Below, piece by piece: positions 39,557-50,852 of a DNA stretch of 64,000 bases. The translations under genes were made by a program, and so were the position numbers. Positions within the stretch are counted from its first letter, which is position 1; each line of letters begins with the position of its first letter. The notes beneath the pieces are model-generated. The model was not told where the DNA came from. It saw only the letters and a list, made by a program, of their open reading frames with translations, and ran no database searches. The stretch spans positions 213,329-277,328 of the forward strand of contig JAKAWT010000002.1 of the NCBI GenBank assembly GCA_021816845.1, in the 5' to 3' direction. The stretch is from a bacterium (lineage in GTDB: Bacteria > Patescibacteriota > Dojkabacteria > JAKAPS01 > JAJZLI01).

Positions 39557-40453
39557 TCAATTTCTTCCTGCAATAGATGAATTGATGTTGAGTTTTTTAT
39601 AAATATCATCAAGCTCCTTGTCAGACTCAAAGGCAATATTTATACTACCTTTCCCATAAGAGTTCCTTTTTATTTTAACCTTACCGAAATATGATTTAAG
39701 ATGATTTTCTATAATAAGTGCTCTTTGATCTAAAACATTAGCTTTCTTCACTCCTAACTTTGGATTCATTGCAAGAAGCTTATCTATAAGTTCATGAGCC
39801 TTACTCCCTGAAAGTCCATCCTCTATCATTTTATTAAGAAGACTCTTTTGTAATTTTAAATCTGTAAGTCTCAATAATTCTTCTGCCTGAGATAAAACAA
39901 TCTTATTGTTGTATATAGCCTCTTGAATAAACTGAGGAAGAGATAGTAGTTTTAAATAACTTTCTGCTGTAACCTTAGATATACCAATCTTTTTTGCAAT
40001 ATTCTCAATATCCATATTAAATTGATCTTTAAGGTTAGATATAGCCACTGCTTGTTCCATAACATTTAAATCTTTTCTTTGAAAATTCTCAATTATTGCG
40101 AAAGCTAATAATTCTTCATTGAGAGCTTCTTTTATTATAATAGGAACTTTTGAAAGCCCAAGCTTTTTTGCAGCATTTAGCCTTCTCTCTCCTGCTATCA
40201 GTTGATATTTTCCTTCGCTAGACTTTGTCACAAGTAAAGGGGATAATATACCATTTTCCTTGATTGAAGCTACAAGTTCTTCCAACTCTTTGGATGGTTC
40301 TCTACGTGGTTGATATGGATTTGGTTCTATAAGTGTTAATGATACTTCCTTGTATCCATCTACTGATGCATTTTGAATCAAAGCTGATAGTCCCCTACCC
40401 AAGATCTGTTTTTTTATATCATCTTTTTCAACATTATCTTTTTGATTATCCAT
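39557..40453 (-). CDS. parB: chromosome partitioning protein ParB
   Basis: ParB box LIAGERRLNAAKKLG, HTH region, C-terminal dimerisation domain; immediately downstream of parA. Confidence 0.85.
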   Translation of the reverse strand: MDNQKDNVEKDDIKKQILGRGLSALIQNASVDGYKEVSLTLIEPNPYQPRREPSKELEELVASIKENGILSPLLVTKSSEGKYQLIAGERRLNAAKKLGLSKVPIIIKEALNEELLAFAIIENFQRKDLNVMEQAVAISNLKDQFNMDIENIAKKIGISKVTAESYLKLLSLPQFIQEAIYNNKIVLSQAEELLRLTDLKLQKSLLNKMIEDGLSGSKAHELIDKLLAMNPKLGVKKANVLDQRALIIENHLKSYFGKVKIKRNSYGKGSINIAFESDKELDDIYKKLNINSSIAGRN

Positions 40454-40455
40454 TA

Positions 40456-41226
40456 TTATTTAAATCTTAGTAAAATTTCATCAGCTAGTTTTCTATAACT
40501 TGAAGCTCCTGATGAGGCTGAATCATATTGTTTTATAGTTTGCCCAAAAGAAGGAGCTTCAGCAAGTTTAACGTTTCTAGGTATTATAGTATCAAAAGTT
40601 TTATCTTTAAAAAAGCTCCTTATCTCTGAGGCTACAGATTCAGATATCTTAGTTCTTGTGTCATACATAGTTAAAATAACACCTGATATTTCAAGTTTAG
40701 GATTTAGAGAATCTTTTATCATTGAAACAGTATTTAAAAGTTGGGATATACCTTCTAAAGCAAAATACTCACATTGTACAGGAACAATTATATGATCTGA
40801 TGCAACAAAAGCATTAATAGTAAGCATACCTAAAGATGGAGGTGAATCAATAATTACATAGTCATATTGTGTTGCAAAAGTACTTAGTGTAGATTTTAAT
40901 TTACTTTCTCTTGATATTTGGCTTACAAGTTCAATTTCTGCACCAGCTAAAGATATGTTTGAAGGTATTACATATAAATTTTCTATACCAGATGCTACAA
41001 AAACCTCTTCAGCTTTTTTACCATTTATTATCATATCATATACTGAAGGAGCTCTTACACCATCAGTTTCAGAGTTTAATAATCCTAACCCCGAAGTTAA
41101 ATTACTCTGAGGATCAAAGTCAACAAGGAGAACCTTTTTTCCTGATTCTGCAAGGTATGCACCTATGTTAAGTGCAGAAGTAGTCTTCCCCACCCCACCT
41201 TTTTGATTTGCAATAGTTATTATCAT
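40456..41226 (-). CDS. parA: chromosome partitioning ATPase ParA/Soj
   Basis: Deviant Walker A NQKGGVGKTT, DFDPQ, IIDSPPS motifs. Confidence 0.9.
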   Translation of the reverse strand: MIITIANQKGGVGKTTSALNIGAYLAESGKKVLLVDFDPQSNLTSGLGLLNSETDGVRAPSVYDMIINGKKAEEVFVASGIENLYVIPSNISLAGAEIELVSQISRESKLKSTLSTFATQYDYVIIDSPPSLGMLTINAFVASDHIIVPVQCEYFALEGISQLLNTVSMIKDSLNPKLEISGVILTMYDTRTKISESVASEIRSFFKDKTFDTIIPRNVKLAEAPSFGQTIKQYDSASSGASSYRKLADEILLRFK

Positions 41227-41837
41227 TAGTTAAGTATAGAATAAATTTGATTATTCTTAGTATAATAATGTACAGTAGGAACAAATCCAAACCTGTTTAG
41301 AGGCCAATATACAAACCAAGCTTCACCTTTTATCGCTGATCTTTTTACAAACCCCCATTCTCTTGAATCAGAACTATTTTCTCTATTATCACCCATAACA
41401 AAATATTCACCTTTAGGCACTGTAATAGTTACATTATTAGGCAGGAATGCCATACCGAAAGTTTTTACAGATTTTTTTAGGTATGCTCCTTCATGAAGTA
41501 ATTCTCCATTTACGTATACGGAACCATTTTTAACTTCTATAGTATCCCCTGGGAGACCAATTATTCTTTTTATATATTCCTCTGTTGGAGAATAATTGAA
41601 AATAATAACTTGCCCTCTTTGAGGTTCTGAATAAGTATAGATAAGTTTGTTTGTAAGAAGGTATTCATGATTTAGAAAATTAGGCATCATAGATTCTCCC
41701 ACTACTACATGTGGGGATGCTATAAATATATATATTACAATTGCTATAGCAAGGGTAATAACTACAGTTTCTAGAAAATCAACCAAAAAAAATTTTAATA
41801 AGCTATTCAAAAAGGACTTAGGGTCTTTATTCTTCAT
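41226..41837 (-). CDS. lepB: signal peptidase I
   Basis: N-terminal TM, catalytic Ser box VVGESMMPN, Lys box YIKRIIGLPGD, GDNRENSSDSR. Confidence 0.85.
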   Translation of the reverse strand: MKNKDPKSFLNSLLKFFLVDFLETVVITLAIAIVIYIFIASPHVVVGESMMPNFLNHEYLLTNKLIYTYSEPQRGQVIIFNYSPTEEYIKRIIGLPGDTIEVKNGSVYVNGELLHEGAYLKKSVKTFGMAFLPNNVTITVPKGEYFVMGDNRENSSDSREWGFVKRSAIKGEAWFVYWPLNRFGFVPTVHYYTKNNQIYSILN

Positions 41838-41866
41838 AATGTGTCATATTAAATTAAGGAATTGTT

Positions 41867-41907
41867 GGATCTAGATCCTCGGATCTAAATCCTAGGATCC
41901 AGATCCT
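41867..41907. repeat. GGATC-palindrome tandem repeat (GGATCTAGATCC tc GGATCTAAATCC ta GGATCCAGATCC)
   Basis: Three 14-bp units in the lepB-PBP intergenic region. Confidence 0.7.
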
Positions 41908-41947
41908 TTTGTATAATATAACAAATGTTAATATTATTCAATTAATA

Positions 41948-44044
41948 TCATAAAAAAGTACCAGAATAGTAATTATAATTCCATAAACTCAAATCAAAAT
42001 TAGTTTTTTTATAATATTTCAATGCTTGAATCATAAAATTATTCCATATAGGTGCTGCGGTAGTCTCCCCCCATGTATTATTGGATGTAAAAGAATAATT
42101 ATCATTGCCAGACCAAACTACTGCTGTAAGGTTTGGAGAAAACCCTGCAAAAATATTATCTATATGGTTATTAGATGTACCAGTTTTACCTGCTACCTGA
42201 TATCCTTGATCAATAACAGGTGCCATAGTGTAATAATGTTTAATTATACTTATGACCATCTCTGTGTAAAGTTTACTAAATACTTTTGTACCTTTCGGAT
42301 TTGTATCGTTATACACCAATTTGTTATATTTGTTATATATTTTATCTATTGGGGATGCCTTATAAAAAGTTCCATAATTAGCTAGTGTATCGTAAGCCTG
42401 AGCTTCCTCAAGAGTTGTTATATCACAACCACCAATGACTGCAGTATATCCACAATGATTAATACTCTGATTTGTAAACTCACTTAATCCTACACTCCTA
42501 AAAGTTTGGAATACACTTTGTAAGCTTACAAGTTCAGCTGTCCTTATTGCAGGTATATTTCTTGACTGTAACAGTGCTGTAGCTACAGTTATAGCACCCA
42601 TATATGTGCCATTCCAATCAGTAGGCTGCCATCCTCCAATATCAAGTGGCGTATCATAAACAATAGAATTTGGAGTTAATAATTTTTTCTCAAATGCAGT
42701 TATATATACAAATGGTTTTAGAGAGGATCCTGGAGATACAAGAGATAAAGTAGAATTAACAGCACCTTTTACATATGTAGTATTTGCATTGTAATTTACA
42801 GACCCGACCATAGCAAGCACATGACCATTTTTAGGATTTAAAGCAACCAGGGAAGAATTATGAGTATTATAACCTTGATTTATCAATGTATTAACCCCAC
42901 TGGTTACAGCATTCTGCGCGATATTTTGTAGTTTTAGACTTAAAGTTGTGTATACTCTAAAACCTCCCTCATCTACTTTTTTAGTTCCATACATTGAGTC
43001 AAGATATGCCCTTGTGTAATATATAAACCAAGGAGCAACAAGGTTATTCAAGGTGGTATTAAATGTTAATTTTGTATTTTCTGCTGTCTTTATTGAAGAT
43101 ACAGGGATTTGTACTATATTTTGATGTACCAACATTTGATTTAATACGTAGTGTTGTCTTTGAAATGCTAATTCAGGATGAGTACCATATAATGGGGAAT
43201 ACACTCCTGGGGCCTGTACTATACCTGCAAGAAGTGATGATTGTGCAACATTAAGATCTTTTGCTGGTATACCAAAATACGTTTCAGCTGCCATTTGTAT
43301 ACCATATACATCTCCACCAAAAGAAATATCATTTAGATATGCTTGCAATATCTGTTTTTTTGAATATTGTGATGAAACCTCCAGAGTCAAAAATAAACCT
43401 CTCACCTTCCTTCTTAGTGACTGTGTATCTGATAAAGCTGTCAACTTAACTAATTGTTGAGTAATAGTACTGCCTCCCTGTATACCAGCTTGAGAATGGA
43501 AAAGGTCATCATATAAAGCACGTAAAATACCAACAGGGTCTATACCAAGATTTTCACTAAAGAAGTGTACATCTTCTGCTGATATCATTGCTTTGATCAT
43601 ATAGGGAGATATTTGATTATATTTTACATACTCTCTGTTCTGATTGCCATATATAGTGTCAATCAATGTACCATTCCTGGAGTATATAAGGGTGTTTTCT
43701 GAATGATTACGAAGAAGTGGAACTGTAACCTTTGGCAACCCTTTTAAATATACACTAGATACTATTGCTAGAGATATAACCATCAAAGTTATAAGTGTAA
43801 TTGATACTGTTATTAAAACTGTAAAAGTTATATATATTACTCTTAGAGTTTTATTATTTTTATTCTTTTTTTTATCTAAAGCCTTTTGTATTATTTTTCT
43901 ACTACTAGAATTTGTTAAAATTGGTTTTACCTTTGTAGATTTTTTTAAAAATTTTGATCTCAAGGGCTTCAATAGAAAAAAACCTTTTGGTTTAGACTCA
44001 TTATGTTGCTTTGGTTGAGGATCTTTGGATTCCATATAAATCAT
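41948..44044 (-). CDS. class A penicillin-binding protein (PBP1A-type transglycosylase/transpeptidase)
   Basis: GT51 motifs EDVHFFSENLGID, GGSTITQQLVK; transpeptidase SxxK (GSSLKPF), SRN, KTGT; N-terminal TM. Confidence 0.85.
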   Translation of the reverse strand: MIYMESKDPQPKQHNESKPKGFFLLKPLRSKFLKKSTKVKPILTNSSSRKIIQKALDKKKNKNNKTLRVIYITFTVLITVSITLITLMVISLAIVSSVYLKGLPKVTVPLLRNHSENTLIYSRNGTLIDTIYGNQNREYVKYNQISPYMIKAMISAEDVHFFSENLGIDPVGILRALYDDLFHSQAGIQGGSTITQQLVKLTALSDTQSLRRKVRGLFLTLEVSSQYSKKQILQAYLNDISFGGDVYGIQMAAETYFGIPAKDLNVAQSSLLAGIVQAPGVYSPLYGTHPELAFQRQHYVLNQMLVHQNIVQIPVSSIKTAENTKLTFNTTLNNLVAPWFIYYTRAYLDSMYGTKKVDEGGFRVYTTLSLKLQNIAQNAVTSGVNTLINQGYNTHNSSLVALNPKNGHVLAMVGSVNYNANTTYVKGAVNSTLSLVSPGSSLKPFVYITAFEKKLLTPNSIVYDTPLDIGGWQPTDWNGTYMGAITVATALLQSRNIPAIRTAELVSLQSVFQTFRSVGLSEFTNQSINHCGYTAVIGGCDITTLEEAQAYDTLANYGTFYKASPIDKIYNKYNKLVYNDTNPKGTKVFSKLYTEMVISIIKHYYTMAPVIDQGYQVAGKTGTSNNHIDNIFAGFSPNLTAVVWSGNDNYSFTSNNTWGETTAAPIWNNFMIQALKYYKKTNFDLSLWNYNYYSGTFL

Positions 44045-44116
44045 TATATATGAATCCCATAAAAAGGAAAATTAATGTATACAAAGACATATCTATTTGT
44101 TATAATAAAATAGAAT

Positions 44117-44165
44117 CAAGACGGAAAGGGGCGGTTTAAGACTCCATGCTTAAACAGAACCTTTC
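44117..44165. promoter_or_regulatory. nested stem-loop (GGAAAGG...GTTTAAG-n8-CTTAAAC...CCTTTCC) between the NYN gene and the PBP gene
   Basis: Inverted repeats seen directly; orientation and T-run do not make a clean terminator for the minus-strand gene, so function is unclear. Confidence 0.25.
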
Positions 44166-44183
44166 CTCTTTTCTTGATCTATT

Positions 44184-44738
44184 CTAAATAGAAATGCCAT
44201 CCTTGGGCCTAGACTCATTAGGTTTAGATCCCCTGGACCTAGACCCCCTGGATTTAGATCCTGTATATTCTAACTTCAACCTTAAATCATTCACAAACCA
44301 TTTTTTTCCATTAGCCACTTTTTTAAAAAGACTACTATAGAGATTTTTATTAGGAATTAATAATACTTTAAGTTTAGATCTAGTATCTAGATAGTCTACC
44401 AGACAATAAAAATCTCCATCCCCTGTAACTATTATTGCTTGATCATAGTTAGCTATTTCAATCATCGTTTGTAAAACTAGTTCTGCATCACAGTTTCCTT
44501 TAACTGTACCTTGTCTTGTGAGTGTAGGTTTGAAAATAATGATATAACCCATTTTCTGCAAAGCAGTATACATAGATTGATTTTCATCAATAAAACCAAT
44601 AAATAAAAAACATTTAGTAGCTGAATATTTGTTTTCTAAATATTTTTTGAATTTCTCAAAATCTAATATCCATCCCTGATCTCTCACGGCTAAATTTAAA
44701 TTTTGACTATCTATAAATGCGTAATTGTTATTTTCCAT
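44184..44738 (-). CDS. NYN-domain (LabA/PIN-like) protein with repeat-encoded Ser/Arg/Lys-rich C-terminal tail
   Basis: NYAFIDSQNL, CFLFIGF, AIIVTGDGDFYCLVDYL: the NYN/LabA pattern; C-terminal GSKSRGSRSRGSKPNE is encoded by a GGATC-repeat locus. Confidence 0.65.
   Translation of the reverse strand: MENNNYAFIDSQNLNLAVRDQGWILDFEKFKKYLENKYSATKCFLFIGFIDENQSMYTALQKMGYIIIFKPTLTRQGTVKGNCDAELVLQTMIEIANYDQAIIVTGDGDFYCLVDYLDTRSKLKVLLIPNKNLYSSLFKKVANGKKWFVNDLRLKLEYTGSKSRGSRSRGSKPNESRPKDGISI
44200..44263. repeat. GGATC-palindrome tandem repeat, degenerate (GGCCTAGACTC.. GGTTTAGATCC cct GGACCTAGACCC cct GGATTTAGATCC)
   Basis: 15-bp periodic units encoding the NYN protein C-terminal tail. Confidence 0.65.
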
Positions 44739-44835
44739 TAATTTTTATATTATATTACAAAGTTTGATTAATAACTAATATTTAATGCATATTTTTGATA
44801 ATATATAGGAATTAATATATAATCTTTTCGTAATT

Positions 44836-44917
44836 GCTGGGGTGGCGGAACTGGCATACGCGACGGACTTAAAATCCGTTGGAGCAATCCATGAGGGTCC
44901 GAGTCCCTCTCTCAGCA
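44836..44917 (+). tRNA. tRNA-Leu(TAA)
   Basis: Acceptor GCTGGGG/TCTCAGC (two G-U pairs), anticodon stem ACGGA/TCCGT with loop CTTAAAA, long variable arm TGGAGCAATCCA. Confidence 0.75.
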
Positions 44918-44926
44918 TATGTAGTT

Positions 44927-45000
44927 CGGAATGTAGTTCAGTTGGCTAGAACGCTTGCTTTGGGAGCAAGAGGTCGCTGGTTCGAGTCCAGTCATTCCGA
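44927..45000 (+). tRNA. tRNA-Pro(TGG)
   Basis: Acceptor CGGAATG/CATTCCG, anticodon stem CTTGC/GCAAG with loop TTTGGGA, T-loop GGTTCGAGTCC. Confidence 0.8.
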
Positions 45001-45070
45001 TTTAACTTTACAACACTATTTTTTTTGAAATATGCTATGATAATATCAGTAAGAAATAATTATTATACTT

Positions 45071-45424
45071 ATGTGCATAATAATAAAAGAGATTAGTGAA
45101 CTAAAATTTTCTTCAGCTCATGGAGGTTCTGGGAGAAAAAGAGAGATTATTAACGGTTCAGAGATTAATAATGAAAATCTTGAAATTCTCAATAAGGATT
45201 ATCTTTCTAAAGGTAAAATATTTGATTGGCATATGCATGAGAATGCTGATGAAATAGCATTGGTATTAGAAGGAAAAGGAATAATATATTATATAGATGA
45301 GAATCACCAAAAGAATTTTTCTACGAATGATGTAATAGTTTTTGAGAAGAGGGAGATGCATAAAATCAAAGCTTTAAGTAATTGTAAATTTTATTTTCTG
45401 AGGATTATTAAGAACTTACAGTAG
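45071..45424 (+). CDS. cupin-domain protein
   Basis: DWHMHENADEIALVLEGKGIIYY: cupin motif 1 (H.H...E) context; 117 aa. Confidence 0.5.
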   Translation: MCIIIKEISELKFSSAHGGSGRKREIINGSEINNENLEILNKDYLSKGKIFDWHMHENADEIALVLEGKGIIYYIDENHQKNFSTNDVIVFEKREMHKIKALSNCKFYFLRIIKNLQ

Positions 45425-45962
45425 GATGATTCAACACTCTCAATAAAAGCAGAATTGCAATTATAACTGCAATCACATAGAAAACCACTGCAACCACCAA
45501 AGCTACACTCCCTACAACACTAAAAGCATATATTGTTAGTAATAGACCTATTAGTGTATCACCCTTAAATACAGTTGCAACTTCATTTTGAAGTTTGATA
45601 TTCTTTGGATTTGCTATAGCCATGGTGCTTAGTTCAGCATATGTTTTACCACCAGCTATCTCCGATAGATGGACTGCAATAAAGTGATTAGCATAAGCTT
45701 TAGCTTGATTTCCTGTAAGTAATTGTTCTCCTGCATATTTATTTAAATAAGGTCCAATTTTAGGACTTGATAGAGCTGAACTGCCTTTAGGTGGAAAATA
45801 TATTTTTTGGACAGCTAATTGGCTACTCACAGTTGAATTTATAAAAAAAGAAGCCCATAAAGCTACACTTCCAATTACAAGTAAAGAAAAAACGGTAATA
45901 ACTTCTAAAGTGGAAAAAACTTTACTAATAATATGACGTTCATTTAACATAGTTTCATTCAT
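45408..45962 (-). CDS. membrane protein (hypothetical)
   Basis: 184 aa, N- and C-terminal TM helices with an extracytoplasmic middle. Confidence 0.4.
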   Translation of the reverse strand: MNETMLNERHIISKVFSTLEVITVFSLLVIGSVALWASFFINSTVSSQLAVQKIYFPPKGSSALSSPKIGPYLNKYAGEQLLTGNQAKAYANHFIAVHLSEIAGGKTYAELSTMAIANPKNIKLQNEVATVFKGDTLIGLLLTIYAFSVVGSVALVVAVVFYVIAVIIAILLLLRVLNHPTVSS

Positions 45963-46047
45963 TTGTTGCTTTATAACATCAATACTATTATTATATAACT
46001 TAGTAGGAATAAAACAATAGGTATGCTTCCTACAGGCTAAACATATA

Positions 46048-47238
46048 ATGAGTACTACTCTAAAAAATCATATATATACGAATAATAAGTCTTTAATATT
46101 GACAGTAAATGCTGGCTCATCTAGTCTCAAATTTGATTTATTTTCCATTAATCCGATTGTAAAAGTTACTAGTGGTGTTATAGATAAAATTGGACAAGAT
46201 AAATCTTTATTTGCCATTGACAATTTATCCAAGGAAGTATCTTTAAATACATATAATGATGCAATTAATCTATTTATAGAATGGTTGGGAAATAATACAC
46301 AAAATGTAATTGCAATAGGCCACCGTATAGTACATGGAGGACCTAAATATTTTGAACCTTGTCTAGCTACCAGAGATATTATTGATGATTTGGAAAAATT
46401 TATACCATTTGATACTGAACATCTACCTAATGAATTATTAATCCTTAAAAAAATTCAATCATTGTTCCATGATATCCCCAATATATTATGTTTTGATACA
46501 TCATTTTACAAAGACTTACCAATTGAATCAAAAATGTTGCCTATCCCAAGGCATTATTTTGAAGATGGCTTAAGGCGTTATGGATTCCACGGATTATCTT
46601 ACCAATTTGTTTTTCAGAAATTACAACAAATTTATGGAGAAAAAATATTATCTAGTAGATTAATTATTGCACACATTGGTAGTGGCGTAAGCTTAAGTGC
46701 AATAAGAGAAGGAAAACCAATAGATACAACAATGGGGTTTACTCCAACAGGTGGTGTACCTATGGGGACTAGATCTGGAGATATTGATCCAGGAATAATA
46801 TCATATATAGAAAATACGAAGAATCTAAATATCAACCAGATTGATCATATGTTTAATTTTGAATCAGGACTTCTAGGTATATCCGAAACAACATCTGATA
46901 TGAAATCACTTTTAGACAATGAATCTACAGATAAAAGAATATCTGATGCTATAAATATTTTTTGTTACAATATAAAAAAAACAATTGGAGGATTTATTGC
47001 AATACTTGGTGGTATTGATAAAATTGTATTTACTGGTGGTATTGGTGAAAATTCCCCAGAGATACGTAGAAGAATATGTCAAAACCTAGATTTTATGGGG
47101 ATTGTAATAGATCAAAATAATAACAATAATAATAAAGATATTATTTCTAAAAAAACGAGTAAAGTAGAAATCAGGGTTATTAATACAGATGAAGCTCAAA
47201 TTATTGTTCAAAATGTAATAAATATTTTAAATATATGA
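46048..47238 (+). CDS. ackA: acetate kinase
   Basis: [52 protein letters not shown] motifs. Confidence 0.9.
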   Translation: MSTTLKNHIYTNNKSLILTVNAGSSSLKFDLFSINPIVKVTSGVIDKIGQDKSLFAIDNLSKEVSLNTYNDAINLFIEWLGNNTQNVIAIGHRIVHGGPKYFEPCLATRDIIDDLEKFIPFDTEHLPNELLILKKIQSLFHDIPNILCFDTSFYKDLPIESKMLPIPRHYFEDGLRRYGFHGLSYQFVFQKLQQIYGEKILSSRLIIAHIGSGVSLSAIREGKPIDTTMGFTPTGGVPMGTRSGDIDPGIISYIENTKNLNINQIDHMFNFESGLLGISETTSDMKSLLDNESTDKRISDAINIFCYNIKKTIGGFIAILGGIDKIVFTGGIGENSPEIRRRICQNLDFMGIVIDQNNNNNNKDIISKKTSKVEIRVINTDEAQIIVQNVINILNI

Positions 47239-49610
47239 TAATTAATAAAAAACCTTTAAACAAGAAAACATTACAAAAAATGGATAGATATTGGAGAGCT
47301 ACGAATTATCTTTCAGTTGGACAAATCTATCTTTGTGATAATCCATTACTACGTAAACCTTTAGAACTTTCCCATATAAAAAAATTGCTTTTAGGACATT
47401 GGGGTACTACACCTGGACAAAATTTTATATATGTTCATTTAAATCGTATTATAAAAAAACATAATCTCAATATGATATATATCTCAGGACCAGGACATGG
47501 AGGACCAGCTTTGATTAGTAACGTTTATCTTGAAGGTACATATAGTGAAGTTTACCCTAGTATCACTCAAGATGAAGCTGGGCTGAAAAAATTATTCAAG
47601 CAATTTTCATTTCCAGGAGGTATCTCAAGCCATGTTTCCCCTCAAACGCCAGGATCAATACATGAAGGAGGAGAATTAGGATATTCTTTGTCTCATGCAT
47701 TTGGTGCGGTATTTGATAACCCAGATTTAATCGCAGCATGCGTTGTAGGAGATGGAGAAGCAGAAACTGGACCTCTTGCTACGGCTTGGCATTCAAATAA
47801 ATTTTTAAATCCTTTAACTGATGGTGTGGTCTTACCAATTTTACATCTTAATGGATATAAGATTTCAAATCCCACAGTTTTATCTCGTATTACTCATAAA
47901 GAACTAGAGCAATTGTTTATAGGATATGGGTGGAAACCATATTTTGTAGAAGGATATGATCCTCAATTGATGCATCAAAAAATGGCCCAAATACTAGACA
48001 AATGTATAAAAGATATACACGATATAAAACATAAAGCACATTCTAAAAAAAATATGGAAAGACCTCGTTTCCCCATGATTATTCTGCGATCACCAAAGGG
48101 TTGGACAGGACCTAAAATATTAGATGGAAAACCTATTGAAAATTCATTCCGTTCTCATCAAGTTCCAATATTAATAACGGATAAAACACCTCCAGAAAAT
48201 ATTAAGGAGTTGGAAAATTGGCTTAAAAGTTATAAACCAGAAGAACTCTTTGATGAAAAAGGAAAATTAAAATCAGATTTAGCCGATCTAGCCCCTATTG
48301 GTAATCACAGAATGGGTGCCAATCCTCATACTAATGGAGGATATCTACTACAAGCACTAAATATGCCAGATTTCAAGGATTATGCTATCAAAATAGACAA
48401 ACCGGCAACTATAGCTACCAGTAATATGGAGGTATTAGGACCTTTCCTACGTGACATTATTGTTAAAAATGAGCATAATTTCCGTATCTTTAGTCCTGAT
48501 GAAACTATTTCAAATAAGCTTGAAGCAGTATTTGAAGCAACTAATCGTCAATGGGACGCCAACATTAAACCTAGCGATGAATTCCTATCAAATAAAGGTC
48601 GAGTATTTGATTCAATGCTTAGTGAACATCAATGTGAAGGATGGCTGGAGGGATATTTATTAACTGGACGTCATGGTTTATTCCATAGTTATGAAGCATT
48701 TATTAGAATTATAGACTCTATGCTTACACAACACGCAAAATGGCTCAAGATGAGTAATGAGTTACCTTGGAGACAAAAAATTGCTTCCTTAAATTATTTA
48801 TTAACCTCACACGCTTGGAGACAAGACCATAATGGATTTACACATCAAGATCCAGGATTTATTGACCATATAATTAATAAAAAGAGTCAAACAGTACGTA
48901 TTTACCTGCCTCCTGATGCAAATTGCCTATTATCAACTATGGACCATTGTCTCAGAAGCTCTAATTATATTAATCTAATAATCAGTGGTAAACATGATGA
49001 GGCTCTGCAGTTTCTTAATATAGATGAAGCTATTGCTCATTGTAATCAAGGTATTGGTATTTGGCAATGGGCAAGTAATGATAGTGAGACTGGCCCAGAC
49101 GTAGTTATGGCATGTGCGGGTGATGTTCCAACAGTTGAGACACTCGCTGCAGTATCCATTTTAAGATCATATCTTAAAGATTTGAAAATACGAGTGGTGA
49201 ACATTGTAGATTTGATGAAATTAGAACCTGAAAGTGAAGGTCCACACGGGCTAAGTGATACTGATTATGACTCTATATTTACAAAAGACAAGAATATAAT
49301 TTTTGCTTTCCACGGATATCCTTGGTTAATACATAGACTCACATATCGCCGTAACAATCGTAATTTGCATGTACGTGGTTATAAAGAAGAAGGAACAATA
49401 ACTACGGCATTTGACATGGCTGTATTAAACAATATTGATAGGTTTCATCTTGTTATAGATACAATTGATCGTTTACCTCAAATTGGGACAAAAGGTGATT
49501 ATTTAAAACAACTCATGGAAGAAAAATTAATACAACATAGACAATTTATAAATGAAAATGGAATAGATATGCCTGAGATACGTAATTGGAGATGGGAAAG
49601 AGAGGATTAA
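47235..49610 (+). CDS. xfp: xylulose-5-phosphate/fructose-6-phosphate phosphoketolase
   Basis: [11 protein letters not shown], ThDP-binding [12 protein letters not shown], 791 aa; 4-nt overlap with ackA (operon). Confidence 0.9.
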   Translation: MIINKKPLNKKTLQKMDRYWRATNYLSVGQIYLCDNPLLRKPLELSHIKKLLLGHWGTTPGQNFIYVHLNRIIKKHNLNMIYISGPGHGGPALISNVYLEGTYSEVYPSITQDEAGLKKLFKQFSFPGGISSHVSPQTPGSIHEGGELGYSLSHAFGAVFDNPDLIAACVVGDGEAETGPLATAWHSNKFLNPLTDGVVLPILHLNGYKISNPTVLSRITHKELEQLFIGYGWKPYFVEGYDPQLMHQKMAQILDKCIKDIHDIKHKAHSKKNMERPRFPMIILRSPKGWTGPKILDGKPIENSFRSHQVPILITDKTPPENIKELENWLKSYKPEELFDEKGKLKSDLADLAPIGNHRMGANPHTNGGYLLQALNMPDFKDYAIKIDKPATIATSNMEVLGPFLRDIIVKNEHNFRIFSPDETISNKLEAVFEATNRQWDANIKPSDEFLSNKGRVFDSMLSEHQCEGWLEGYLLTGRHGLFHSYEAFIRIIDSMLTQHAKWLKMSNELPWRQKIASLNYLLTSHAWRQDHNGFTHQDPGFIDHIINKKSQTVRIYLPPDANCLLSTMDHCLRSSNYINLIISGKHDEALQFLNIDEAIAHCNQGIGIWQWASNDSETGPDVVMACAGDVPTVETLAAVSILRSYLKDLKIRVVNIVDLMKLEPESEGPHGLSDTDYDSIFTKDKNIIFAFHGYPWLIHRLTYRRNNRNLHVRGYKEEGTITTAFDMAVLNNIDRFHLVIDTIDRLPQIGTKGDYLKQLMEEKLIQHRQFINENGIDMPEIRNWRWERED

Positions 49611-49943
49611 TTGTTTTTCTAACAATTAATAATTTTTACTCCTATAAATACTTTGCAAGTTAACAAGAATCTTTCAAATAAAAGACTAATACTAACTACT
49701 CCAATAAAAAAGAAGAAACTGTAAACAATTTACATGGGTTCTCCCAAATTATTAATAATGATTTCATAAAGACAATCCAGAAAATTATATTATTAAATAG
49801 AATTACAATCATTTAAAAGTTTAAATGGAGTGTATAAGGAGTGCGAGTATTCAAGGGCTTATTTAACCTATATGATAAATATTACTAAACACCATTGTCA
49901 AAAATCTAGATTAGGCCTTTAGAATATGTTATCATCATATTAG

Positions 49944-50849
49944 ATGAAGATGAGAAATACTATCCTTATAGTCATACTGATTGTTCTTATAGCAATTTTG
50001 GTATATTCTTTGTATTCTGCTTTTTTCTACAAAAATCACCAACTTCAAAACATATCTACCATATCCAAAAATCTAACAAGCTGTAATAATGGATCTAGAT
50101 CCAATGGATCAAGATCCATTGATTGGATGATAACTTATCAGAATATTAAAAATTTATCTAAAATAAATAAAACTATTGTAAATAGTATTTTTGACTCTCA
50201 AAATACTTATATAATGGAGTCACCATTAAAGTTTCAATATAATCCTTATGGAACATTTGTTGCCGTTTTTCAAAGTTATCAAACATTTAAAACAGACTTA
50301 TTAAATCATACTATTAATCCTCACTTTAAGTGGGTTTTATATGATAATGAACATTGGTCAAAAACTCCAGTTGTCGAGCAACAGAATCCAGTTTTATATG
50401 AGGAACTATTCACTAATCTTGCACATCAATATGGATACAAAGTAATTTTATCTCCCTCTCAAGATTTGTTTATAGAATCAAAAAATAATTTCAATGGGAA
50501 TTTATATCTAAATTCTGGTATTGTTAAATCAACTTATAATTATGCTGATATATATGAAGTACAAGCTCAATCATTCGAACAGTCAAGATATAGAAGTAAT
50601 AATGTATTTACAACTTTTGTAGATAATGTTCTTAAACAGATACCAAATCATACGAAACCTATCATTGTAGGACTTGGTACAAGTAGAGTTCAGAATTCCA
50701 CTCAACTCTACAATGATTTTTTAAGCGTTATGGGATCTGTACAAGGATTTTGGTTGAACATTCCAGGATCAACAGCCAAGAGACTTAATATAGGGATACA
50801 ATTCTTACAAATGGTTGGATCCAGATCCTTTGAGAATTCGTGTAAATAA
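49944..50849 (+). CDS. membrane-anchored extracytoplasmic hypothetical protein with in-frame GSRSNGSRS repeat insertion
   Basis: N-terminal TM; the GGATC-repeat locus at 50091-50120 is translated in-frame as NGSRSNGSRS; a second repeat copy lies at the 3' end (MVGSRSFE). Confidence 0.45.
   Translation: MKMRNTILIVILIVLIAILVYSLYSAFFYKNHQLQNISTISKNLTSCNNGSRSNGSRSIDWMITYQNIKNLSKINKTIVNSIFDSQNTYIMESPLKFQYNPYGTFVAVFQSYQTFKTDLLNHTINPHFKWVLYDNEHWSKTPVVEQQNPVLYEELFTNLAHQYGYKVILSPSQDLFIESKNNFNGNLYLNSGIVKSTYNYADIYEVQAQSFEQSRYRSNNVFTTFVDNVLKQIPNHTKPIIVGLGTSRVQNSTQLYNDFLSVMGSVQGFWLNIPGSTAKRLNIGIQFLQMVGSRSFENSCK
50091..50120. repeat. GGATC-palindrome tandem repeat (GGATCTAGATCC aat GGATCAAGATCC)
   Basis: Two 15-bp units, in-frame inside CDS 49944..50849; an extra single unit GGATCCAGATCC lies at 50817..50828. 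Confidence 0.7.
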
Positions 50850-50852
50850 ATA

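Noticed and set aside
44117-44165. Nested hairpin between NYN and PBP genes as a rho-independent terminator
   Set aside because: The T-run is on the wrong side for the minus-strand gene it follows; kept only as a low-confidence structured element.
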